IMG/VR virus record: IMGVR_UViG_3300033273_000658
Location: 64,001 to 128,000 of that record
Direction: 5' to 3' (one strand)
Length of the DNA stretch: 64,000 nucleotides
Source: a virus
The notes under the pieces are model-generated. The model was not told where the DNA came from, ran no database searches, and worked only from the letters and a program-made list of their open reading frames with translations. Below, piece by piece: positions 55,914 through 64,000 of the stretch. Every line of letters begins with the position of its first letter. The first letter of the stretch is position 1. A program made the position numbers and the translations under genes.

Positions 55914-55944
55914 ATAAATACACAACAACAACCCCTGGAGCATA

Positions 55945-56739
55945 ATGCGTAAAATAGTTTTATTTGACATGGATGGAACACTAACTCCTCCAAGAGAACG
56001 TCTAGATCAAAGTCTTGTTGAGACACTTATCAAGCTTAGTAATCATGCTGAGATTGGTATAGTGAGCGGTAGTGACTATGAATACATTATGCAGCAATGT
56101 GGTCTCCTGACACTGAAAGATCAAATTAACCTTAAGCTACATATTCTTCCATGCAATGGAACTATGCATTATGCTCCACCTTTATACCGAGAACAGCGTC
56201 ATCAATTGGTTCATGAGAATAACATGCGTCAAGTATTAGGTGATGCTGATCTCAATAAATTGTTTAAAAAAATTATTAATTATCAAGATCACATTGTATC
56301 TCATTATGACATTCCTTTAACCGGTCACTTTGTTTCTTACCGTGGTTCAATGATAAATTGGTGTCCAATAGGCAGAAATGCAACTAAACAGGATAGAGAG
56401 ATTTTTCAAGAGTTTGATAAGAATTTTGGAATGTCTTCATTCAGAAGAACAGTTCTGGAACAAATAAAAGAAGAGTTTTCTAATACCAAACTTGATGTCA
56501 CAATCAAGCTAGGCGGTGAGACATCTTTTGACATTTTCCCTGTTGGGTGGGATAAAACTTATGCACTCAATCATTTTCCAGATTATAAAATCTGGTTCCT
56601 CGGTGATAGGTGCGGAGATAATGGAAACGATAAAGAAATCTTCGATGCTTTACAACCAGAATGCTCTTTCTGGGTTGATGGCACCAAACATACCAAAGAG
56701 ATTTTAGAAGAGCTTTTAATTCCAAAACTTGGTGAATAA
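55945..56739 (+). CDS. Eukaryote-type (HAD-IIB) phosphomannomutase
   Basis: LFDMDGTLT..R, VSGSD, NG, R..MIN.CPIGR.A, GG..SFD.FP.GWDKTY.L, GD....GND.EI. Confidence 0.85.
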   Translation: MRKIVLFDMDGTLTPPRERLDQSLVETLIKLSNHAEIGIVSGSDYEYIMQQCGLLTLKDQINLKLHILPCNGTMHYAPPLYREQRHQLVHENNMRQVLGDADLNKLFKKIINYQDHIVSHYDIPLTGHFVSYRGSMINWCPIGRNATKQDREIFQEFDKNFGMSSFRRTVLEQIKEEFSNTKLDVTIKLGGETSFDIFPVGWDKTYALNHFPDYKIWFLGDRCGDNGNDKEIFDALQPECSFWVDGTKHTKEILEELLIPKLGE

Positions 56740-57113
56740 TGAAAGAAACAAAAGACATTTTAAAGAGAGCAATGAAACACGGTTTTGATCTTAGCTTCAT
56801 TGAAAATTATAATGAAAAAAGAATACTACAAGGTCTTTATGATTATTTGGTTAGGAATCATTATTATTGTTCCATGGAAGATGGTGTTATCTATGTTGGA
56901 ATAGACATAGTTCAGGACATAGCTGAAGTTACAATTTCCAATAAAACTATGAAAGTTAAGCCGATAACAGATAAAGGATTCTTTGATATTCTTATTTCAC
57001 TATTTAAGTACATAAGGTTCGCATCTTCTATAGAACAAAAAGAAATAGAAGAAGACATATCTACTGAAACAGATGAAGATGATGATGAATCAAGTGAGGA
57101 AATGTGGTTATGA
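56739..57113 (+). CDS. Hypothetical protein
   Basis: TAATG-coupled ORF with acidic tail. Confidence 0.55.
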   Translation: MKETKDILKRAMKHGFDLSFIENYNEKRILQGLYDYLVRNHYYCSMEDGVIYVGIDIVQDIAEVTISNKTMKVKPITDKGFFDILISLFKYIRFASSIEQKEIEEDISTETDEDDDESSEEMWL

Positions 57114-57433
57114 AAATTTTTTATCTTAATAGAACAGAAGACGAGTCCGGAGTTTCTGGTACTGGTCGGATAGCACAAGGTTTTATTTTTGATAATGGAA
57201 AAGTCTGCTTAACATGGTTATCAGAACATCCAAGTGTTACAGTATATGATAACATTGGAGAAGTTCGTGCAATACATGGTCATGCCGGAAAAACAGAAGT
57301 TGTAATGGAACCAGATTATAAGAGGGCTTTTGGAGAACTAAAAGCTTTTGTCGATAGTTTTTCATTGTCAGATGTTGTTGCTGAAAAACTTCCTTTAGAA
57401 TCAGCAGCAGGAAAACTACTGAGTAAAAACTAA
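57110..57433 (+). CDS. Hypothetical phage protein
   Basis: R.ED.SGVSGTG..A.G..F..G....W, HGH.GKT. Confidence 0.65.
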   Translation: MKIFYLNRTEDESGVSGTGRIAQGFIFDNGKVCLTWLSEHPSVTVYDNIGEVRAIHGHAGKTEVVMEPDYKRAFGELKAFVDSFSLSDVVAEKLPLESAAGKLLSKN

Positions 57434-57440
57434 ATACTAT

Positions 57441-57914
57441 GTGGAACGCTATACTCTCAAACTTGATGCATCTTGGAGACCAATCGAAATTATCGATGGG
57501 TTCAAAGGATTCAACATGTGCTTTACAGGGAGAGCTAACGTGGTTTTGAATTATGACGATGGATTTTTCCCTGCTGTAATTGTTTTGAAGTCATACATTA
57601 GAAAAGAATTTATGTCTTATGCATGCAATAGAAAAAATGTTGTATGGAGAGATAAAAGCATTTGTCAATACTGTGGTGGCAGATTTTCTTTTTCTGAATT
57701 AACAATGGATCATGTTGTCCCAAAATCTCGTGGTGGTGACAAATCATGGACAAACATTGTTGCATGTTGCAAAAGATGTAATAATAAGAAAGGCAATAGA
57801 ACCCCTGAAGAAGCAAAGATGCCTTTAATCAAAAAACCTATTGTTCCAAAATGGAACATTCATGTTTTACTGCGAGATAAATTAATACCACAAGAATGGG
57901 AAGACTACATATAG
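57441..57914 (+). CDS. HNH endonuclease (McrA-like)
   Basis: RD...CQYCG, TMDHVVPKSRGG..SW.N.V.CC..CN..KG. Confidence 0.9.
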   Translation: MERYTLKLDASWRPIEIIDGFKGFNMCFTGRANVVLNYDDGFFPAVIVLKSYIRKEFMSYACNRKNVVWRDKSICQYCGGRFSFSELTMDHVVPKSRGGDKSWTNIVACCKRCNNKKGNRTPEEAKMPLIKKPIVPKWNIHVLLRDKLIPQEWEDYI

Positions 57915-57922
57915 GAGAAAAA

Positions 57923-58183
57923 ATGAGTGATACTATTTTTAATAAAGAAACAACAGACATGATTGTAAAAAAAATCAAACAAGATCCAACTGGAAAGATG
58001 GCTGAAGTTATGCATAAAATTTTAGACGTATGTGAAGAAGCAGGAAACAGAGGATTCACAATGCAAGAACTTTCTGTGATAGCAACAACAGGATGGTTTC
58101 TATCACAAAGTCCAGAGCTAAGAAGTTTGCTGGATGACATGATGGGGCTAACACCACCATCTGATGATGAAATCTGGAATTGA
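57923..58183 (+). CDS. Hypothetical protein
   Basis: AGGAG RBS. Confidence 0.55.
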   Translation: MSDTIFNKETTDMIVKKIKQDPTGKMAEVMHKILDVCEEAGNRGFTMQELSVIATTGWFLSQSPELRSLLDDMMGLTPPSDDEIWN

Positions 58184-58185
58184 TA

Positions 58186-58214
58186 AAAATGGGAGGCAAA
58201 AAGCCTCCCATTTT
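58186..58214. terminator. Bidirectional-type terminator hairpin
   Basis: AAAATGGGAGGC-AAAAA-GCCTCCCATTTT. Confidence 0.75.
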
Positions 58215-58242
58215 GCTATTTATGGTATTGGAGAATTTAAAA

Positions 58243-58530
58243 ATGAAACTATCAGAAAAAAGAATTAAGCAAATTATTCTAGAAGAAATAAATAAAATAA
58301 CAGAACAAGAGCAGCCTCCTGAAGATGAAACTAAAACACTTCAACAGTTAAAGAAATTTTTATTAGAGTTATCAAAAAACACAAATCAAATAAAAGGAGC
58401 ATCTTCAGCTGAAGTAAAGGCTGTAGCTGATTTATTTTTAATTATTTTAAGATCTTTACCACAAGGAGAAGTGTCAAAGTATATACAGTATACAACAGAC
58501 ATTTTTAATAAGAAAACAGGAAACAAATAA
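58243..58530 (+). CDS. Protein with RIKQIILEEI leader
   Basis: Start after GGAG; GCTATTTA motif at 58215. Confidence 0.65.
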   Translation: MKLSEKRIKQIILEEINKITEQEQPPEDETKTLQQLKKFLLELSKNTNQIKGASSAEVKAVADLFLIILRSLPQGEVSKYIQYTTDIFNKKTGNK

Positions 58531-61500
58531 TGAACAATAGAAATCTTGCAATTAAAATCTCCAAGCATCCCTTGTTGAGAAAACTTTCCGAAGATAAGAA
58601 AATCCCAAAAAGCATTCTTGCACGCCTCATTGTTGAAGAGATGATGTCTGAAATGGCACCACCAATAACCAATCCATCCTTAAAAAGTGCAACTAGAGCA
58701 GTTCAACAAAGTTTAAAAAATCTAGAATCAAACCCCCAAAGCGTTTTTCAAAAGTATTTTGATACGAATCAAAATAAACCGGTTTATCCATATGGTGCTT
58801 TTGATCAACTTAGCTCAAATGATCAAAGAAAATACCAAGGAAAAATACATGACACTATTTTAAGATCTTACCAAGCTTGGAAAGGAGATGAGCTGAATTC
58901 TGATGAACTTGAAGCTTTGGAAAATCATTTGAACAGTTTTCTGGTAGACCCTGAACCAGAACAAGCAGAACCTGAAAGTTCTCAGGAATATAAAAGAATT
59001 ACAGATGTGGATCACGATGATGAAAGAATACAACCATTTCTTGAATATGTTAACAGGTACTCATTGGGATTAGAAGGATACAAATTAATTGATTTTACAG
59101 TTCTATTAATGAATCTATACTACAAAGCAAAACAGCTTAAGTTAAGTGAATCTGAGTTTAGATCCATAAAAAAAGCGCTTGAACAAAATACTCAACTAGC
59201 TAATCAAAAGAGGTTTGAAGAATTAGTAGAGTTTAAGCAAGTCATTCAGTTTCTAGAAAAATACTCAACTGTTGAAGAGCAAGCCTGGAGAAATTTTATT
59301 AAAACTTTTCAAGAAGAAAATTTTCCTGCCACTTTTCCATCATCTGAAGATGTTCCACCTTCACCAGAGGAACCCACTCAAGATACCACAACTCCCGATG
59401 AACCAGAAGATACTGAAAAAGACAAAGAAGGAACTGAACCTGAAACACCAGAATCTGCAGATTCAAAAGACACTGAAAGAGATGAAGAAGAGATTGAGGG
59501 TGAAGAGAAAAAAACACCAGAAGATTCTGAAACAGAAGAAGAAGAGGCAACCATTGCTCCAGAAACAGAAGAAGGTGGAGAGGAAGAAGAAAAAACCGAC
59601 CCCTTACCTGAAGAAATTGAAGAAAAGAAAAAGCAAGCATACATTGATGCATCAACAAAATTCCAAAATGATTTTTATGATCAAGAATACAGAATCGATC
59701 AAGCGAACCTTATTGGTGCTGTAATCAATGCGATCTCAGACATTTATGATAATCCAAACAAAGTAAGAGCATTTGGCAGAGTACCATCAGAAGAACAAAA
59801 TCTTCAAGAAAATGATGAAACAATACAAGCATCAGAAGATGAGATTAGAAATCTAAGAATCGATTTTAGATCATTATTATCCAGAATCAATACAGCAAAG
59901 TCAGAATTAGATAAATTTGAAAAAGCAAAAACTACCGGTTCTGTTGTCACAGATAATTATAAAAAACAATTCTTGCTTATTTTGAGAAGAATCCAAGCAT
60001 CGATTAAAACTATACATAATTCACTTCAAGTTATAATTGGAGATAAATTTTCCATTAATGAACAGGTAACAAAAGAAGACATTATACAACAATGGAAAGA
60101 AGTTCAAGATAAGTATGACAAAGCTGTTCAATCTTCTGCTTCTTTAAGAGAGTTAATGGCTGGAACAGAATCATCAGAAAAACCAGAATTAATAATACAG
60201 GATACTTATTCATCTCTTTTGGATTTGGCTACACACTTTCCAAGTGTAAATCCTTTCGGAAGTTCCGAAGTAAAGACCAAAGAAGACATGAATAAATATA
60301 AAGAAGCTTTTGAGAATGCTGTTGGAAAAGTCAAAACAGATTTACAAAATGTTCTTTCTTTGATGAAAATTGGAAGATCTGGTAAAGCCACACTTCAATC
60401 TGCATTGAATGGTCTAGAAGATTTTTCTGGATCTGTTCAAAGTATTTTCGGTGTTCCATCTCAGTTTGTTGAAATTAAAGTAGATAATCAAACACCAGCG
60501 GCTGAAGGAAAACCGACTGAAGTAGAAGTTGAAGGTGATTTGGATTCTGAAACAAAACCTAAAGAAGTTAGTGAATTTGACAAAGCAATTGATAAACTAA
60601 CATCAGGGCAGATAGCTGAATTTATAAACCAACAAAATTATAAACTTGGACCCTTAATGTTAAACTATCTAGTGGACAAAGGAGACGTTACCAAAGCAGC
60701 AGAAACTTTGAGTCTTATAAAAGATCCGGGTTTGAAAGCAAGAATTATTATTGATAGCGGCAAAGGTAAAACTACAATTCATAAAGATTATTACGATGAT
60801 TTTAAGAAAGGGTTTATTGAATTCGCAAAAGAACAACCAGAAATGAATGTGCTGGACCCAAATGACTTTGGAAAAATGCTATCACAATTTGAAAAAGAGT
60901 CTCCGAAACAATATAAAGAATTAATGAATGTAATTGAGGATGAAGAAAATCAGCTTTATAAAGACCTTGCGCAACGTCAAAAAGATAGTGAGATAGCAGC
61001 AGAAGATTTAGAAAAAGAAATCCAAAAAGTTATGGCAACCATTGATACTAAACAAGAATGGGAGCAACTTTTAAAAAGACAAGCAATCGAAGATCAAAAT
61101 ATTATAAAAACAGCAGGAATAATAAGAGATCTCTTTGTTGAAGTCTTCAAAAGTCTTTCTGGTGAAGAGGATGAATTAGAAGAATCAGTAATCAATAAAT
61201 TTATGGGAAGACTCTCACCAGATTCTGATGTTATAAAAAGAACTTTTATTACAAGATCAACAAATTACATTTCAAATCTTGACGTCGGCGCGGAAAAAGA
61301 AGAAATAAAAAATACATTGACATCAAAATTTGAAAAGTTATCAGAAGAAGATCAAAAACTTATAATTGATAATTATCGTAAAGTTCTAAAGCCTATGTCT
61401 TTAAAAGACATGTTAACATCTGTTTACCAGAATGAAGGCTTTGGGGAACTTTTTAATACTGGTTTATCAGGCAATCAAATAAAGGGCATAATAAAACAAT

Positions 61501-62678
61501 CTTATAAAGATTCAAAACAAAAAAATTGGAATGACAGCACTGCCGCTGACCTCGACGACGACAACGACGGCATCTTGGATTCCGATGAGGGAACTGGCGA
61601 CACTGATGGCGACGGCATTCCCAACAACCAAGATTTGGATGCCGATGGCGATGGTCAAGAATCTTATGAGGAAGAAGATTCCGAAAACAACCGGGAACGT
61701 CAAGACTCAGAGCCACCACCTGAAGATGAAGAGATGTCTGAAGAAAATCCTTTTGAACTTGCTGATTGGTATGAAGATTCCGAAAACAACTGGGAACCTC
61801 AAGACTCAGAAACACCACCTGAAGATTCTGATGAAGCTACAAATGAACTACAACAAGAATACAAAAAACAAACAGGTATAGACTTTGAAAAAGGTGAAAT
61901 TGAAGAATTGGAAGCTTTGATTAATTTTAGTCCTCAAATCAATGAGAGTTTGGAAGATGATTTTAAAAGTATCATAGGAAGTGATAATTATTCTAAACAC
62001 CAAAGAAAATTTGACAATTACATTCAAAACCTTAATTACAACAGAAAACAAACACTCATTCAAGCTTTTAAGAAAGCAAAAGATTCAGAAAAATTTAAAA
62101 GATTTTTTAAACAACGTTTCATGAAAAATACTGCTAATACTCCGGACCCTATAAAAGACCTGCCACCAACCAAAGCTCTTGGAGCAGTAGTATTCTGTCC
62201 TTCTTGTAGTGCTAAATTTAGTTTTTCTCTTCCAAAAAAATACCAAAATAGACATTCTAAGACGTTACCATTCAAATGTGGGAATTGCGATGATAATTTC
62301 AAAGTAAAAGTTGAAGACCTTTACACTATAGGTGGCACCGAATTGGTTACCTCAAAGATAAGACATATGAATATAAATGGACTGCAACTATGGTCGTCTT
62401 GGAAACAATTCATTCAATACGTTAAACATTTTGGCGAGCCTCTGGAAGATAGCGACCCGGTAAGTGCCTTCGGAGGAGAATGGAAGACTGCTGTGGAGCA
62501 CCCGGAATTAGAACAGTTTTTCTCACCAGAAGAAATTGATTCTCCTCCACAGAAAGATAAAAAAGAAACAGCAGAAGATTTTTATCCTGGTGGTTTTGTC
62601 CCAGATTCTGTTAAAGAACAGATAATTGCAAACAAACTCAAACCCCTCATTCGTGAGCTGCTAAACAAAGGAAAATAA
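58530..62678 (+). CDS. Giant acidic protein with Ca-binding DxDxDG repeats and a Zn ribbon
   Basis: 1382 aa; DDDNDGILD..DTDGDGIPN..DADGDG; 33-aa tandem duplication; CPSC..CGNC. Confidence 0.7.
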   Translation: MNNRNLAIKISKHPLLRKLSEDKKIPKSILARLIVEEMMSEMAPPITNPSLKSATRAVQQSLKNLESNPQSVFQKYFDTNQNKPVYPYGAFDQLSSNDQRKYQGKIHDTILRSYQAWKGDELNSDELEALENHLNSFLVDPEPEQAEPESSQEYKRITDVDHDDERIQPFLEYVNRYSLGLEGYKLIDFTVLLMNLYYKAKQLKLSESEFRSIKKALEQNTQLANQKRFEELVEFKQVIQFLEKYSTVEEQAWRNFIKTFQEENFPATFPSSEDVPPSPEEPTQDTTTPDEPEDTEKDKEGTEPETPESADSKDTERDEEEIEGEEKKTPEDSETEEEEATIAPETEEGGEEEEKTDPLPEEIEEKKKQAYIDASTKFQNDFYDQEYRIDQANLIGAVINAISDIYDNPNKVRAFGRVPSEEQNLQENDETIQASEDEIRNLRIDFRSLLSRINTAKSELDKFEKAKTTGSVVTDNYKKQFLLILRRIQASIKTIHNSLQVIIGDKFSINEQVTKEDIIQQWKEVQDKYDKAVQSSASLRELMAGTESSEKPELIIQDTYSSLLDLATHFPSVNPFGSSEVKTKEDMNKYKEAFENAVGKVKTDLQNVLSLMKIGRSGKATLQSALNGLEDFSGSVQSIFGVPSQFVEIKVDNQTPAAEGKPTEVEVEGDLDSETKPKEVSEFDKAIDKLTSGQIAEFINQQNYKLGPLMLNYLVDKGDVTKAAETLSLIKDPGLKARIIIDSGKGKTTIHKDYYDDFKKGFIEFAKEQPEMNVLDPNDFGKMLSQFEKESPKQYKELMNVIEDEENQLYKDLAQRQKDSEIAAEDLEKEIQKVMATIDTKQEWEQLLKRQAIEDQNIIKTAGIIRDLFVEVFKSLSGEEDELEESVINKFMGRLSPDSDVIKRTFITRSTNYISNLDVGAEKEEIKNTLTSKFEKLSEEDQKLIIDNYRKVLKPMSLKDMLTSVYQNEGFGELFNTGLSGNQIKGIIKQSYKDSKQKNWNDSTAADLDDDNDGILDSDEGTGDTDGDGIPNNQDLDADGDGQESYEEEDSENNRERQDSEPPPEDEEMSEENPFELADWYEDSENNWEPQDSETPPEDSDEATNELQQEYKKQTGIDFEKGEIEELEALINFSPQINESLEDDFKSIIGSDNYSKHQRKFDNYIQNLNYNRKQTLIQAFKKAKDSEKFKRFFKQRFMKNTANTPDPIKDLPPTKALGAVVFCPSCSAKFSFSLPKKYQNRHSKTLPFKCGNCDDNFKVKVEDLYTIGGTELVTSKIRHMNINGLQLWSSWKQFIQYVKHFGEPLEDSDPVSAFGGEWKTAVEHPELEQFFSPEEIDSPPQKDKKETAEDFYPGGFVPDSVKEQIIANKLKPLIRELLNKGK

Positions 62679-63998
62679 ATGGCAAAAAAAACATATGTTA
62701 TTGATACAAGCGTCTTTCTTAGTGATGCAAATGCACTGTACCGTTTTAAGAATAACGACATTGTTATTCCAATCAAAGTATTGGAAGAAATCGACAAACA
62801 CAAGAAGCGACAAGACTCTGTTGGCTTTAATGCTCGTCTCATCATAAAGCACCTTGACGAGTTGAGAGTCAAAGGATCTCTTCATAAAGGATTACGTATT
62901 GGAAAGGGCATGGGAATTCTAAGAGTTGCAAAGGCTTCTTCCGATCTTCCCAAAGACCTTGATTTCAATGTCCCCGATCACCAGATCCTCTCTGTTGCCG
63001 TTCATGAAAGCAAAGAGAATGAAAGACGTAAAGTCATTGTTGTGTCTCGCGACATCAACATGCGAGTCATTGCCGATTCCCTTGGTCTTATCTCAGAAGA
63101 CTATGAGACCAATTCAATTGTTGAAGACAAAGACAAAGTATACGAAGGTTTTGCTGAGGTTCTCGTTGATGATGAATTCATTGAGCGTTTCTACGATGGC
63201 GAAGAGATGATACTTGAAGAATCCATGGTAAAAGAAAAGTTATACCCAAATCAATTCCTTCTTCTAATTTCATCAAGCAACCCAAAAAAGTCCGCTATTT
63301 GCCGATTTTTCGATCATAAAAAGCCTTTAAAACCAATCAACGTCAAGGACTACTCAAAGTCTTGGGGAGTCGTTCCTCGTAATAAAGAGCAGACATTTGC
63401 GTATGATTTGCTGTTTGATGATGATGTTCCACTTGTCTCTCTTATTGGTCGTGCTGGTTCTGGTAAAACCCTTATGGCAATTGCTGCTGGTCTTGAACAA
63501 ACTGTTGGATTTGCCGAGAGAAAATACAAAAAGATCGTTGTGTCTCGTCCTGTTCAACCTATGGGAAAAGACATTGGTTTCCTTCCCGGAACCATGGAGG
63601 AGAAGATGCTTCCGTGGTTGATGCCTATTCATGACAACCTTGAATTCATCCTAGGAAATAAGAATCAAATAAAGTCTTATTTTGAGAAAGGGCAAATTGA
63701 AGTTGAGGCGATAACATACATTCGTGGCCGCTCAATCTCAAACGCCTTCATTATCATTGACGAAGCCCAGAACCTCACAGCTCACGAAGTTAAGACAATT
63801 ATTACGCGTGTTGGAGAGAACACAAAGATTATCTTGACCGGAGACATTGAACAGATTGATAACATTTATACAAATGAAACTTCAAACGGCTTGACATACG
63901 CTATTGAGAAATTCAAACATGCTGAATTAGCCGGCCACATCACCTTCAGAAAAGGTGAGAGATCCAAGATTGCAACTCTGGCATCCAAAGTTCTGTAG
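62679..63998 (+). CDS. phoH: PIN-PhoH (PhoH2-type) protein
   Basis: PIN domain VIDTSV..EEID..DHQIL..DINMR; Walker A GRAGSGKT, GFLPG, RGRS, IIDEAQN, TRVGE, GDIEQID. Confidence 0.92.
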   Translation: MAKKTYVIDTSVFLSDANALYRFKNNDIVIPIKVLEEIDKHKKRQDSVGFNARLIIKHLDELRVKGSLHKGLRIGKGMGILRVAKASSDLPKDLDFNVPDHQILSVAVHESKENERRKVIVVSRDINMRVIADSLGLISEDYETNSIVEDKDKVYEGFAEVLVDDEFIERFYDGEEMILEESMVKEKLYPNQFLLLISSSNPKKSAICRFFDHKKPLKPINVKDYSKSWGVVPRNKEQTFAYDLLFDDDVPLVSLIGRAGSGKTLMAIAAGLEQTVGFAERKYKKIVVSRPVQPMGKDIGFLPGTMEEKMLPWLMPIHDNLEFILGNKNQIKSYFEKGQIEVEAITYIRGRSISNAFIIIDEAQNLTAHEVKTIITRVGENTKIILTGDIEQIDNIYTNETSNGLTYAIEKFKHAELAGHITFRKGERSKIATLASKVL

Positions 63999-64000
63999 AC

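Noticed and set aside
1236-63632. Minus-strand and alternate-frame ORFs in the track
   Set aside because: Nearly all are shadows of longer plus-strand genes with clear motifs, and they lack an RBS and recognisable domains.
1-64000. Stop-codon reassignment
   Set aside because: Long conserved genes are intact in code 11 and end in TAA, TAG or TGA; only one suspicious internal stop was found (45413).
1-64000. Bacterial chromosome or prophage (because of dnaE, groEL, clpP, ssrA, phoH)
   Set aside because: These genes lack their usual operon partners and sit among dense single-strand hypothetical ORFs, an endolysin and repeated early promoters; no integrase or att site was seen.

Overview
This looks like a segment of a large, AT-rich lytic (jumbo-type) dsDNA phage genome, not a cellular chromosome. 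Almost all real genes are on the + strand and read in genetic code 11. Three zones are visible. (1) About 1-18.5 kb: replication and metabolism genes behind consensus sigma70 promoters (deaminase, tmRNA, cytidylyltransferase, DnaE, putative R-M pair, dUTPase, ClpP-like, endolysin, GroEL, glutaredoxin, trypsin-like protease). (2) About 18.5-42.2 kb: an early/host-takeover-like region built from repeated promoter cassettes, at least 24 tandem ~50-75 aa MKxGDLV..LEVI micro-genes, UvsE, a LexA-like HTH protein and a MoxR/vWA pair. (3) About 42.2-64 kb: late-type genes, many with LKQIIxEEL / xENWxKF leaders, plus a eukaryote-type phosphomannomutase, an HNH nuclease and PIN-PhoH. The most unusual structure is non-coding. 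Five intergenic islands carry 13 near-perfect sigma54 (-24/-12) sites. Twelve point antisense to all genes and each has a second motif at an invariant 8-bp distance. Three of these islands and a sixth island also carry Fur boxes, and one carries exact 32-bp repeats. I interpret this as a possible DNA decoy/sponge or roadblock system for host transcription regulators; that is inference. Lipoprotein style and the LexA-like helix tentatively suggest a Myxococcota/deltaproteobacterial host. All protein calls are from motif recognition by eye; no database search was run.
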